This document shows positions 36,721 through 46,461 of a DNA stretch of 64,000 bases, one piece after another. Every line of letters begins with the position of its first letter. The first letter of the stretch is position 1. This DNA comes from Candidatus Iainarchaeum sp. (GTDB lineage: Archaea; Iainarchaeota; Iainarchaeia; Iainarchaeales; Iainarchaeaceae), in contig JBDRLP010000027.1 of the NCBI GenBank assembly GCA_043812975.1, forward strand, positions 1-64,000. The letters are read 5' to 3'. The position numbers were made by a program, and so were the translations under genes. The notes under the pieces were generated by a model. That model did no database searches, had not been told where the DNA came from, and saw only the letters and a program-made list of their open reading frames with translations.

Positions 36721-37431
36721 ATGAAAGAAACCCCCGTGATAGAAATTAAGGACGTAAAAAAATATTATGAATTAGGCGAAGTAACTGTAAAGGCTTTAGA
36801 TGGAGTTTCACTTAAAATATTTGAAGGAGATTTTGTTGTTATAGTGGGGCCGAGTGGTTCAGGAAAAAGTACTTTGATGCACATTCTTGGAACGCTTGAT
36901 TATCCAACTGCCGGTGAGGTTTTCATTGATCAAGAAAATTTAAAAGATTTGGATGAGTGGGAACTTGCCATGCTCCGTAGAAAAAAAATCGGTTTCATTT
37001 TTCAGTCATTTAATCTAATTCCGACTCTTAATGCTCTTGAGAATGTAGTTATTCCAACAGAACCTCTTCCAGGGGATAAAGAATATCTTGAGGACCGAGG
37101 AATAGAACTTTTAAAATCAGTTAAATTAGGAGACCGAATGCTTCACAAACCAGATGAACTTTCAGGAGGGCAAAGACAAAGAGTTTCAATTGCCAGAGCT
37201 TTAATTAATAATCCTGAAATAATTTTTGCTGATGAACCAACAGGCAACTTAGATTCTGTTACAGGAAGACAAATAGTGGATTTAATGTACGATCTTAACC
37301 AAAAAGAGAACAAAACTTTTGTTTTGGTTACCCATGACCCCTCATTGCTGGATTATGCAACCAAACGAATTTTTATTTTGGATGGGAAAATAACCAAAAT
37401 AGAGGAAAACAAAAGAAAAAAACGAAAGTGA
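36721..37431 (+). CDS. ABC transporter ATP-binding protein (LolD/MacB type)
   Basis: GPSGSGKST, LSGGQRQR, ADEPTGNLD and VTHD motifs. Confidence 0.95.
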   Translation: MKETPVIEIKDVKKYYELGEVTVKALDGVSLKIFEGDFVVIVGPSGSGKSTLMHILGTLDYPTAGEVFIDQENLKDLDEWELAMLRRKKIGFIFQSFNLIPTLNALENVVIPTEPLPGDKEYLEDRGIELLKSVKLGDRMLHKPDELSGGQRQRVSIARALINNPEIIFADEPTGNLDSVTGRQIVDLMYDLNQKENKTFVLVTHDPSLLDYATKRIFILDGKITKIEENKRKKRK

Positions 37432-37437
37432 TTTTAA

Positions 37438-38574
37438 ATGTTAAAACTCAGTTTAATCAATCTCACAAGACACAAACTCAGAACTATTCTTTCAGTTTTG
37501 GGGATTGTTATCGGCGTTGCCTCTTTAATTGCGTTAGTTTCAATTGTTGACGGAATAAAATTTGATATTACTGATGCTTTAAGCAATGCTCAAGGAGCAA
37601 GAGTTACTCCAATAGGAAGCACTGATCCTATCTTTGGTTCTTTTGATGAGTCATGGGGTGATAAAATCGAAAAAATTCAAGGCGTAAAAGTCGCGGTGCC
37701 AAATATAATGCAGCTTGCTAAATCTATTGAAGGCAAACCTGTGGATATAGGAACCGGAGCAAGGCTTATAGGGATAAATTTGTTAAAAAATTCTAAAGCA
37801 GGAGCCAGTGGTTTTGATGGAGAATTATTAGAGGGAAGAGATTTTGTTGTTTCAGATGAAGGAAAAAGTGTTGCGATGATTGGAGAAATTGTCAAAGATA
37901 CTCACAATAAATTTCTGGGTTCAAAAATAGAGGTTAATGGGAAAAAATTGCAGATAATAGGAGTTTATAGTACTGGGTCAGATTTGCTTGATAATTCAAT
38001 TTTAATGCCTATTGAAACAGCAAGAGATGTAACTGGGTTTCCTAAAGGCAAAGTCAGTTACATTAATGTGATGGTTAATGTTCCAAGCGAGGATCAAAAA
38101 GTTGTTGATAAAATAAATCTGATTTACGGTGACGAAATCAAAGCCACTAGTTTGAGCGATTTTTCTACACAGTTTGGTGCAATTTTTGACAGCATTACTG
38201 CTTTGGTTGTTGTAATTGCATCAATCGCATCGATTGTTGCAGCAGTAGGCATAATCAATACAATGCTCATGAGTGTTCTTGAAAGATTTAAGGAAATTGG
38301 TGCATTGAAAGCAGTTGGCTGGACAAACAGCAATGTATTGAGAATGATTCTTTACGAATCATTGTTTATTGGAATAATTGGCGGTTTTTTTGGGATTATT
38401 TTAGGTTTGATAGTGTCAATTTTTATAGAAGAATTTGGTTTAACAACTGTTGTTACGCCTGAATTGATTATTGGGTCATTTTCAGGAGCAGTTTTTGTCG
38501 GAGTAATTGCAGGCATATATCCCGCAGTTAGTGCTTCAAGAATGAATCCGGTTGATGCTTTAAGAGCAGAGTAA
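37438..38574 (+). CDS. MacB/FtsX-family ABC permease (second paralogue)
   Basis: Same signature motifs as 35580-36716. Confidence 0.93.
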   Translation: MLKLSLINLTRHKLRTILSVLGIVIGVASLIALVSIVDGIKFDITDALSNAQGARVTPIGSTDPIFGSFDESWGDKIEKIQGVKVAVPNIMQLAKSIEGKPVDIGTGARLIGINLLKNSKAGASGFDGELLEGRDFVVSDEGKSVAMIGEIVKDTHNKFLGSKIEVNGKKLQIIGVYSTGSDLLDNSILMPIETARDVTGFPKGKVSYINVMVNVPSEDQKVVDKINLIYGDEIKATSLSDFSTQFGAIFDSITALVVVIASIASIVAAVGIINTMLMSVLERFKEIGALKAVGWTNSNVLRMILYESLFIGIIGGFFGIILGLIVSIFIEEFGLTTVVTPELIIGSFSGAVFVGVIAGIYPAVSASRMNPVDALRAE

Positions 38575-40425
38575 TTATTCTCTATAAACATTGGTAACTC
38601 CTTCTACTTTTGAAATTTTTTTAAACAATTCTTCTAATTGAGAAACATTTTTGATTTTCAAACCAAATTTACATTCCACTGCATTGTTTGTAATAATTTT
38701 AGCATTTGCAGAACTGACGCGGATGTCGATTTTTGAAATTACCTCAAGCAGGTCTTTTAACAACCCAATCCTGTCAGAAGCATTGACTATAAGCTCTGTT
38801 TCATATGCGCTTTCAGAACCATGCCACGAAACTCCGATAAGAGTTCCTTTGTATTTACTAACTTCATTGCAGTCAATTCTATGAACTGATATTTTTCTTT
38901 TAGTTGTTTTTAAACCTACTATGTCATCTCCTGGAAGAGGAGAACAGCATTTAGCAAGTCTAATTTTTTTATCGCTGATTTTTATTTTTTGTGTACCCGT
39001 CTTGTTTGTTAAAGGCATTTTTTTAGATGTTTGAATTTGTAGCTTAGCTTTTATTTTCTGTTTGGCTTTTGAGGTTTTTACAAAACCAAGCCAGCTCATT
39101 TTAGGACTCTGTTTTTGAGAAGTAACTATCTCAATAATATCACTATTTTTTATAATTGCATGTAAAGGAGCAATACTCCCATTTATTTTTGCATTTTGAC
39201 AATGATCTCCAATATCAGAATGAACTGCGTATGCAAAATCAATTACTGTTGATCCTTCTGGTAATTCAATCACTTGGCCCTTTGGGGTTAATGCAAAAAT
39301 TTCTTTTTTGAATATGTTGGTTTCAGTTTGATCAGTAGATGTTTTTTGCCAGTCTAAAATCTGTTTTACCCATTCAATTTTTTTGTCAAATTTGGAATCC
39401 GTTTTTCCTCCTTTGTATAGCCAGTGAGAAGCTAGGCCGTATTCTGCAGCATCGTGCATTTCTTTTGTTTTGATTTGAATTTCAATAGGGTTTCCCATGT
39501 GGCTTTGAATTGCAGCGTGCAATGCTTTGTAACCATTTCTTTTTGGCTTTACAATATAGTCATCAAATTCCCCAGGTATTGGTTTCCAGACACTATGGAT
39601 AATTCCAAGAACTTCATAACAATCTTTTACTGAATCAGTTATAACTCTTAATGCAATCAGATCATAGATTTTGTTTAACCCTGTTTTTTTTAGCTCCATT
39701 TTTTTGTAGGTGCTGTAAATTGTTTTTACTCTGCCTGAAATCTTGGCATTTATTTTTTCTTTTTTTAGTTCTTTTTCTAATATTTCTTTTGTTTTTTTAA
39801 TATCTTGGGTAACGCCTTTAGCTGTTTTATTTATTGCACTGCTAATTAAAGAATAATTTTTAGGATCTTTATACTTGAATGCGAGTTCATTTAGTTCAGA
39901 ACTAATTTGGTATATTCCTATTTTATGTGCTAATGGGGCAAACAGTTCCTGTACATCAGAAACAAATTCTTCTTTATTTTCTATTGACGTTTCAGGAAGA
40001 TTTCTAAGAATAGTAAGAATATCTGCAAGATGCAGTATTATTACCTCAGGATTTGCTGATACTACTACTAAAAGTTTTTTTCTGAAATCTTCTTTATTCT
40101 CTGATTTTACTTGCAATGCTTTTCCAAATCGGATTTCAGAATCCAGTAAACTTGCAATATTTTTCCCAAATTCGTTTTCTACTTGTTTCAGGTATTTTTC
40201 AATGTTTTTTGGTGAGTGGATTAGGCCAGTAATTACAATGTCTTTTCTTTGCTTAAGGCTTAGTAAGAGATTTGCTAATTCTAGCCCGCGGGCTAAACAA
40301 CTGCTCTTTTTTGGACTTTCACTACACGCATTCGAAATAAATTCTATTCCTTTTTCTGCCTCTTTAATAGAGCCATATGCGGATTCAAATTTTTTAAGGA
40401 AGTCTTTCTGCAGGTTAGATTCCAT
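38575..40425 (-). CDS. Long RelA/SpoT homologue: degenerate HD domain, (p)ppGpp synthetase, TGS, ZFD and ACT domains
   Basis: GRVK.IYS.YKKM, DLIALRVI, EFDDY..KPK.NGY.ALH, EIQI.T..MH..AEYG.ASHW.YK; TGS DFAYAVHS; AKCC.P.PGD; ACT DR.GLL.D. Confidence 0.92.
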   Translation of the reverse strand: MESNLQKDFLKKFESAYGSIKEAEKGIEFISNACSESPKKSSCLARGLELANLLLSLKQRKDIVITGLIHSPKNIEKYLKQVENEFGKNIASLLDSEIRFGKALQVKSENKEDFRKKLLVVVSANPEVIILHLADILTILRNLPETSIENKEEFVSDVQELFAPLAHKIGIYQISSELNELAFKYKDPKNYSLISSAINKTAKGVTQDIKKTKEILEKELKKEKINAKISGRVKTIYSTYKKMELKKTGLNKIYDLIALRVITDSVKDCYEVLGIIHSVWKPIPGEFDDYIVKPKRNGYKALHAAIQSHMGNPIEIQIKTKEMHDAAEYGLASHWLYKGGKTDSKFDKKIEWVKQILDWQKTSTDQTETNIFKKEIFALTPKGQVIELPEGSTVIDFAYAVHSDIGDHCQNAKINGSIAPLHAIIKNSDIIEIVTSQKQSPKMSWLGFVKTSKAKQKIKAKLQIQTSKKMPLTNKTGTQKIKISDKKIRLAKCCSPLPGDDIVGLKTTKRKISVHRIDCNEVSKYKGTLIGVSWHGSESAYETELIVNASDRIGLLKDLLEVISKIDIRVSSANAKIITNNAVECKFGLKIKNVSQLEELFKKISKVEGVTNVYRE

Positions 40426-40523
40426 AGTATTATTTTACTAGTGTAATTATTATAGTATTAATCCTATTTTTGCCTTCAGGTAATCTTTAAATACTACCCT
40501 TCTTTTTCTATACTTGAAGCAAT

Positions 40524-41480
40524 ATGATTCAGTCAATAATTGTGCCAGAAAACGGCAAAGTAAAAAACATCACTTCTGCCCAGCTTTCCGATGTAATAAA
40601 TAAGACATTTGTCTGGATAGATGTTGAAAATCCTAAAGAGGAAGATTTTGAATTTTTAAAAAAGAATTTTCCTTTACACCCTTTAGCAGCCGATCCTATT
40701 TTTGAATCAAGGTTAAGGCCAAAAATAATTGATTTTCAGCAGCACTTATTGTTAGTTTTTCATGAACCAATTATGGAACAAAATAAGTTGTCTTTTTCAA
40801 GAGTTATATTTTTTATAGGAAAAGATTTCCTCATAACTATACACAACAGAAGTCTGCCTTCAATTGATGCAATCAAAGAATTAGTAAACAACAATACAAA
40901 TTTTCTGAAGAAAGGCCCGTCTTTTTTGGTTTATAATATGCTTGATCAGATAACTGATAATTATTTTCCTATTTTGGATGAACTTGATGATGAACTTGAC
41001 AATTTGGAAAACAAAATATTTTTAGGAAATGAAAAAGATACGTTGAGAAAAGTTTTTTCATTAAAGCGTAAAATCCTTGAAATAAAGCGTAAAATTTCTC
41101 CGACAAGAGAAGTTCTTTCAAGCTTGTCAAGACACGAATCAAAAATAATCGATAAAAATGCGTTGATTTATTTCAGGGATGTTTATGATCATGCAATAAG
41201 AATTTCTGACACTATTGATATTTATCGCGATCTATTAACCAGTGTTCTGGATGTTTACATTTCTTTGCAATCAAACAAGTTAAATGAGGTTATGAAAGTT
41301 CTTACTGTAATTGCCACAATTATGATGCCTCTGACTGTAATTACTGGGTTTTACGGAATGAATATTATTTTTCCCGAGGTGGGTTTCTTTAAGGCAGACT
41401 CTTACTTTTTTATTTTGTTCATAATGCTAATAATTTCAGGCCTGATGCTGTTATATTTTAGGAAGAAAAAGTGGTTATAG
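40524..41480 (+). CDS. corA: Magnesium/cobalt transporter CorA
   Basis: YFRDVYDH, LNEVMKVLT and GFYGMN signature; KKKWL terminus. Confidence 0.95.
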   Translation: MIQSIIVPENGKVKNITSAQLSDVINKTFVWIDVENPKEEDFEFLKKNFPLHPLAADPIFESRLRPKIIDFQQHLLLVFHEPIMEQNKLSFSRVIFFIGKDFLITIHNRSLPSIDAIKELVNNNTNFLKKGPSFLVYNMLDQITDNYFPILDELDDELDNLENKIFLGNEKDTLRKVFSLKRKILEIKRKISPTREVLSSLSRHESKIIDKNALIYFRDVYDHAIRISDTIDIYRDLLTSVLDVYISLQSNKLNEVMKVLTVIATIMMPLTVITGFYGMNIIFPEVGFFKADSYFFILFIMLIISGLMLLYFRKKKWL

Positions 41481-42145
41481 TGAAAAATTATTTATTTGTT
41501 AATTTCAAAACTTATGAGGAAGCAACCGGAAATAAAGCTTTGGCTCTTGCGAAAATCATTTCAAGTCAGATTACTGAAGAAGTAGAAATAATTCCTGTGG
41601 TCCAGGCTCTTGATTTAAAAGAAGTAGCTTCAAATGTTTCACTTAAAGTTTTTGCCCAACACATTGATCCTATTTATTTTGGTTCCAATACAGGAAAAAT
41701 ACTTCCAGAGGCAGTCAAATCTGCAGGGGCTGTAGGTACTGTTCTTAATCATGCGGAAAATAAAGTTGAAAATGATTTTATTGAAAAAGCAGTTCAAAGA
41801 TGTAAAGAAGTTGGTCTTACAATAATGCTTTGCGCCGAAACTTTAGAAAGAGCCAAACAATTAGCTGTTTTTAATCCTGATTTTATTGCTGTAGAACCTC
41901 CAGAACTTATCGGAGGAGATATTAGTGTTAGCACTGCTAATCCAGAGCTGATTTCCAATTCAGTGAAAGCAATCCATAAAGTGAACAAAGAAATAATTGT
42001 AATAACCGGAGCAGGTGTCAAAAATTCAGACGACGTTAAAAAAGCAGTTGAGCTTGGTTGCCAAGGGGTTTTTGTTGCGTCAGGAATAGTTTGTTCTAAG
42101 AACCAAGAAGCGTCATTGAAAGAACTTTTAAACGGATTTAAATAA
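41471..42145 (+). CDS. tpiA: Triosephosphate isomerase (archaeal type)
   Basis: VNFKTY, AQHID, LNHAE, AVEPPELIG and GAGV motifs. Confidence 0.95.
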   Translation: MVIVKNYLFVNFKTYEEATGNKALALAKIISSQITEEVEIIPVVQALDLKEVASNVSLKVFAQHIDPIYFGSNTGKILPEAVKSAGAVGTVLNHAENKVENDFIEKAVQRCKEVGLTIMLCAETLERAKQLAVFNPDFIAVEPPELIGGDISVSTANPELISNSVKAIHKVNKEIIVITGAGVKNSDDVKKAVELGCQGVFVASGIVCSKNQEASLKELLNGFK

Positions 42146-42146
42146 T

Positions 42147-42593
42147 TCAGTGCTTATGCGGTGTTCTTTTTATTCTTTCATGCTTTTCTGTTAGTTCTAG
42201 TGGTATCTCCATGCTATTTTTTTCTAAATAATTATAAATTGCTTCTATTAGTGCGTCAGTGGCCAGAATGGAGCAATGTAATTTTACTGCAGGAAGGCCC
42301 CCTAATTCGTCAGCAACTTCTTGTTTGGTCAGGTTACTGGCTTCGTTAATTGTTTTCCCCTTTGCCAGTTCAGTTACCATTGAAGAGGTTGCTATTGCTG
42401 CTGCGCATCCCATTGTTTTGAATTTTACGTCCTCAAGAATTGTTTCATTGTTCGTATTTTTCCCTACTTTAATATAAACCCACATAACATCTCCGCATAC
42501 TGGGTTTCCAACCTTTCCAATTCCATCAGCTTCTTTTATTTCACCCATGTTTCTTGGGTTTCTGAAGTGATCCATTACTTTTTCACTGTACAT
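42147..42593 (-). CDS. iscU: Fe-S cluster scaffold IscU/NifU
   Basis: YSEKVMDHF.NPRNMG, GNPVCGD, GCAAAIA and K.HCS motifs. Confidence 0.93.
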   Translation of the reverse strand: MYSEKVMDHFRNPRNMGEIKEADGIGKVGNPVCGDVMWVYIKVGKNTNNETILEDVKFKTMGCAAAIATSSMVTELAKGKTINEASNLTKQEVADELGGLPAVKLHCSILATDALIEAIYNYLEKNSMEIPLELTEKHERIKRTPHKH

Positions 42594-43743
42594 TTTTTAG
42601 CCCCCCCATAGGGCTCATTTCCCTGAGTTTTTCCACGGTTTCCTTGATACTTTTTATTGCATATTCTATTTCCTTTTCATTGTTGTCCTTTCCAAGTGTC
42701 AGTCTTAAACTTCCATGTGAGACTTCCGGTTTGAGGCCTATAGCGATTAGAACATGACTTGGTTTAAGGGAATTTGTTGAGCATGCTGATCCTGTTGAAC
42801 CCATTATACCTTTTGCATCAAGCATGAGGACAAGTGATTCTCCCTCGATGTAGTCGAACGAAAAATGGACATTATTTGCCAGTCTGTTTTTTCTGTCCCC
42901 GTTTAGCTTTGTGTCGGGTATCTCGAGGATTTTTTTTATTAAAATTTCCCTGAGTTTTTCCATTTTTTCTACATCCCTTTTCATTGTTGTTTCTGAAGCT
43001 TTTGCAAAACCAACTATTCCCGCAATATTTTCTGTTCCCGACCTGAGTTTTTTTTCATGACCTCCTCCGTGATGCAGTGCATCTATTTTTGTCCCTTTTT
43101 TGATGTATAGTGCCCCGACTCCTTTTGGACCATAAATTTTATGTGAATTAATTGTAACCAAATCAAGTTTTTGCTTTTTTACATCCAAGGGAACCTTTGT
43201 AAATGACTGACATGCATCAGTGTGAAAGTAAACCTTGTTCTCATTACAGATTCTGCTTATTTCTTCTATCGGCTCTATAGTTCCTATCTCGTTGTTGGCA
43301 TGAATAACCGAGACCAGTATAGTATCTTTCCTTAAGGATTTTTTTAATTCATCTATCTTTACAAATCCTTTTTCATCCACTGGAAGGTAAGTAACTTCGA
43401 AACCCTGTTTTTCAAGCCACTTGCAGGAATTCAGGACACAATCATGTTCTATTTGAGTTGTAATAATGTGCTTTCCTTTTTCTTTGTTTGCGAACGCTAT
43501 TCCTTTTAATGCAAGATTGTTTGACTCTGTTCCGCCTGAAGTAAAAATTATTTCCTCCGGATCCGCATTAAGTTTTCTTGCAATTGTTTTCCTTGCTTTT
43601 TCCAATGCCTGTTTTACTTTTCTTCCTTCGGAGTGAAGTGAGGATGCGTTTCCGAAATTTTTGTCAAAATAAGGAGCCATCGCGCTTATTACTTGTTTAT
43701 CAACTTTTGTTGTCGCGGCGTTATCAAGATAAATTTTTTTCAT
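42583..43743 (-). CDS. iscS: Cysteine desulfurase IscS/NifS
   Basis: IYLDNAATT, SGGTESNN, HKIYGPKGVG and STGSACS motifs; start MKKIY at 43743. Confidence 0.95.
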   Translation of the reverse strand: MKKIYLDNAATTKVDKQVISAMAPYFDKNFGNASSLHSEGRKVKQALEKARKTIARKLNADPEEIIFTSGGTESNNLALKGIAFANKEKGKHIITTQIEHDCVLNSCKWLEKQGFEVTYLPVDEKGFVKIDELKKSLRKDTILVSVIHANNEIGTIEPIEEISRICNENKVYFHTDACQSFTKVPLDVKKQKLDLVTINSHKIYGPKGVGALYIKKGTKIDALHHGGGHEKKLRSGTENIAGIVGFAKASETTMKRDVEKMEKLREILIKKILEIPDTKLNGDRKNRLANNVHFSFDYIEGESLVLMLDAKGIMGSTGSACSTNSLKPSHVLIAIGLKPEVSHGSLRLTLGKDNNEKEIEYAIKSIKETVEKLREMSPMGGLKNVQ

Positions 43744-44072
43744 TTTTTGTTTCTCTCCCTGGTTTCTTTCATGATTTGGTGAGGTGCGTTGAATTCTTTG
43801 CATATAAAACATTTTCTTTCGGAGTTGTTGTTTTTTTCTATGATTGAATCTGCCAGTTTTCTGATTTTTGCCATGTCGGTTTTGCTGAACTCGTGTTTTT
43901 TCCCTCTTTTGTTTTTTAGATATTGGCATATGGCGGCTTCAGTGAGCCCGAGTTTTGATGCAACTGCTTTTCTTGACATTTCCTTATCTTTTATAAGGTA
44001 AAGTGCGATTTCTCTTCTCATTGCTGGAAGAATTTTCCAGTTTACTAGTTCGCAAGGGAATGTTAAATCCAT
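43740..44072 (-). CDS. Archaeal HTH regulator with Cys motifs (COG2522-like)
   Basis: PCE....ILPA.R, LGLTEAAICQYL..KRG and CFIC motifs; heads the iscS-iscU operon. Confidence 0.8.
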   Translation of the reverse strand: MDLTFPCELVNWKILPAMRREIALYLIKDKEMSRKAVASKLGLTEAAICQYLKNKRGKKHEFSKTDMAKIRKLADSIIEKNNNSERKCFICKEFNAPHQIMKETRERNKK

Positions 44073-44084
44073 AAAAATACCACT

Positions 44085-44102
44085 TATTAACAATTGTTAA
44101 TA
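44085..44102. promoter_or_regulatory. 18-bp perfect palindrome, putative operator of the regulator-iscS-iscU operon
   Basis: TATTAACAATTGTTAATA lies between the TATA region and the start codon. Confidence 0.6.
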
Positions 44103-44205
44103 CTGTTTTTAAATTTGTTGGTCCATTTCCCATTTTCTTTTTCAATTACATTCATGTTTGCTTTTACGTGGGCATTTTAAAGCATTTTGTTATTTTAGTT
44201 GAAAG

Positions 44206-44856
44206 ATGAGTAAATTAAAAGAAATGAAAAAAACTAAAGAACAATCTGACTCAAGTCCAATTTACACTATTATAGGAATTGCGGTTATACTGATTGGAAT
44301 TGCTGTGGTTTATTTGGCTTTATTTGGTTCAGCTCCGGTAATTGATCTTGATCAGTTAGAAGGAAACGGTCACTTTAAGGGCAATCCTGATGCGCAAGTC
44401 AGAATTGTTGAGTTTTCAGATTTCCAGTGTCCAGCCTGTGGTTTTGGTTTTGATCAACTACAACAAGTTTTGCCTCAGTACTTGGATAAAATAAAACTAA
44501 CTTTCCGACACATGCCTTTGAGCAATATTCACCCTTATGCGCAAAAAGCAGGTGAAGCTTCTGAGTGTGCTGCTGATCAGGATAAATTTTGGGAAATGCA
44601 CGATACACTTTTTACAAATCAGGATAATCTGAAAATTGCAGACTTAAAATCTTATGCTCAGCAATTAGGCCTTAATCAGGAAGAGTTTGATGTTTGTTTA
44701 GATTCAAGTAAATATGCTTCAAAAGTGGCTTCTGACTTTTCTTACGGTGCATCAATTGGAGTTAATTCAACCCCGACATTTTATGTTAACGGAGAAAAGT
44801 TTTCAAATCTGACAGCTGAAGAATGGAAACAAGTTTTAGATTCAAGATTAGCTTGA
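44206..44856 (+). CDS. Membrane-anchored DsbA-family (thioredoxin_4) oxidoreductase
   Basis: EFSDFQCPAC, A.EA.ECA.DQ.KFWEMHD and GV.STPTF motifs. Confidence 0.9.
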   Translation: MSKLKEMKKTKEQSDSSPIYTIIGIAVILIGIAVVYLALFGSAPVIDLDQLEGNGHFKGNPDAQVRIVEFSDFQCPACGFGFDQLQQVLPQYLDKIKLTFRHMPLSNIHPYAQKAGEASECAADQDKFWEMHDTLFTNQDNLKIADLKSYAQQLGLNQEEFDVCLDSSKYASKVASDFSYGASIGVNSTPTFYVNGEKFSNLTAEEWKQVLDSRLA

Positions 44857-44996
44857 ATAATTCAACTTAGAAAAAGAATTGATATTTATATCTTTCCATT
44901 ATAGAGTATAATATTGCATCTGTTTTAGGGGTTAGAAACCTTTATATAGCACCTAAACACAATATATGTAATCGATTAATGTTAACAAGTTAACTT

Positions 44997-45761
44997 TTGG
45001 AGGTTTTAGGATTGGATGAAAAATTATATTTATCAGTAAGTTTAATTGTTTCTGCATTAGTTTTATCAGGGGCAATTTTTTTAGTAGGAAATAGTGTCAA
45101 TGATAACCTAACCGGTTTAACCGTTGCAATAGAAAATTCTTCTGCGCCAGTAGCAGCAGGAAATAATGATGGTTCAGGAGATACAGGAACAGTGGCTCCG
45201 CCTGAACAACCAATAGCTCCATCAAATCCAACAATAGATATGGAAGCACTTTTGGATGATGATGCTGTTGAAGGAAATGCTGATGCACCAATAACAATTG
45301 TTGAGTTTTCAGATTTCCAGTGTCCGTTCTGTAGTAGATTTTACACAGATACTTTAGGCAAGTTAAGAGAAAACTATGTTGATACAGGAAAAGTAAAAAT
45401 AATTTACAGGGACTTTCCATTAAGTTTCCATCCTGAAGCAACACCAGCCGCTGAAGCTGCCGAGTGTGCTGGAGATCAGGGAAAATTCTATGAAATGCAT
45501 GACAAGATTTTTGAAAATCAGGAATCTATAAGTGCTGCATCATACAAACAATGGGCTGCTGATCTTGGCCTTAACACAGAACAATTCAATTCTTGTGTTG
45601 ATGATGGCACTCACGCTGCTGAAGTAAGAGCAGACTTTGCAGATGGACAGGCCGCAGGAGTTTCAGGAACACCAACTTTCTTTATCAACGGCCAGAAAGT
45701 TGTCGGAGCTCAACCATACAGTGTATTTGAACAAATAATAGAAGCAGAACTCGCAAACTAA
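44997..45761 (+). CDS. Membrane-anchored DsbA-family oxidoreductase (paralogue)
   Basis: EFSDFQCPFC, YRDFPL and GVSGTPTFFING...GAQP motifs. Confidence 0.9.
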   Translation: MEVLGLDEKLYLSVSLIVSALVLSGAIFLVGNSVNDNLTGLTVAIENSSAPVAAGNNDGSGDTGTVAPPEQPIAPSNPTIDMEALLDDDAVEGNADAPITIVEFSDFQCPFCSRFYTDTLGKLRENYVDTGKVKIIYRDFPLSFHPEATPAAEAAECAGDQGKFYEMHDKIFENQESISAASYKQWAADLGLNTEQFNSCVDDGTHAAEVRADFADGQAAGVSGTPTFFINGQKVVGAQPYSVFEQIIEAELAN

Positions 45762-45823
45762 TTGCGGGTTCCAAATTTCTTTTTTTAGTATCCTTTAAAT
45801 AGTTTAAAATACTTTATTTTTTT

Positions 45824-46066
45824 ATGGGAAAAGTTAGAAATTTCTTTCTTAGAGTTCCTCTTGTGTCAAAATTTTTTAATAGAAGAAAATCAGAAAGGAG
45901 AACTGGTCAAGAATCAAGGGAAGGTTCTACTTTAACTTTTTCAGCTTCGCTTAAACCCTTATCACTTGGTATTAAAATTATTTTTTCAGTGGGAAATTCC
46001 CGTAGTCCCACAAATAATGTTTCAGTGTTTCCTCCTAAAGGAGCAATAATTATGGTTTTCATGTAA
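45824..46066 (+). pseudogene. Probably truncated orphan (basic N-terminus) reading into the antisense of a neighbouring fragment
   Basis: Own TTTAAATA box. The first ~35 aa are Arg-rich and natural-looking; the remainder is the antisense of 45907-46062. Confidence 0.45.
45907..46062 (-). pseudogene. 5' fragment of a CARF-like/Rossmann-fold regulator (DUF6293-like), 51 aa
   Basis: Translated by hand: MKTIIIAPLGGNTETLFVGLREFPTEKIILIPSDKGLSEAEKVKVEPSLDS*. This is a beta-alpha-beta start that ends abruptly; a TATA-like box lies upstream. Confidence 0.55.
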
Positions 46067-46210
46067 ATACTATTGTTTTTTAATTTTAAAAGGAGTTGTT
46101 GAATGTATTCAACTATATTTAAATCAGTTAATGTAAGTTTTAATATGGGATTTAAGCCATAATTAATGTTAAATAAGAGGTTTACTCTGTATATTTAGAG
46201 GTTTTTGATT

Positions 46211-46444
46211 ATGAGTGAAGTAACAATATACACAACCCCTACCTGTGTTTACTGTAACCTTGCTAAGGAGTTTTTTAAAGAAAATAAAATCGAATACAAA
46301 CAAGTGGATGTTTCAACTGATTCACAGAAAGCTCAGGAAATGTTTGAAAAATCAGGGCAGATGGGAGTTCCTGTAATAGAAATTGACGGTAAAATAATAA
46401 TTGGGTTTGATAAGGAATCAATTAAAGAAGCTTTAGGCATTTAA
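46211..46444 (+). CDS. Glutaredoxin-like protein (NrdH/YruB type)
   Basis: YTTPTCVYC and SGQMGVPVI...IIGFD motifs. Confidence 0.92.
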   Translation: MSEVTIYTTPTCVYCNLAKEFFKENKIEYKQVDVSTDSQKAQEMFEKSGQMGVPVIEIDGKIIIGFDKESIKEALGI

Positions 46445-46461
46445 TTTTTTCAGGATCTGAT

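Noticed and set aside
42583..43929. 448-aa IscS with an N-terminal extension
   Set aside because: The extension overlaps the upstream regulator gene; the real start is MKKIYLD at 43743.
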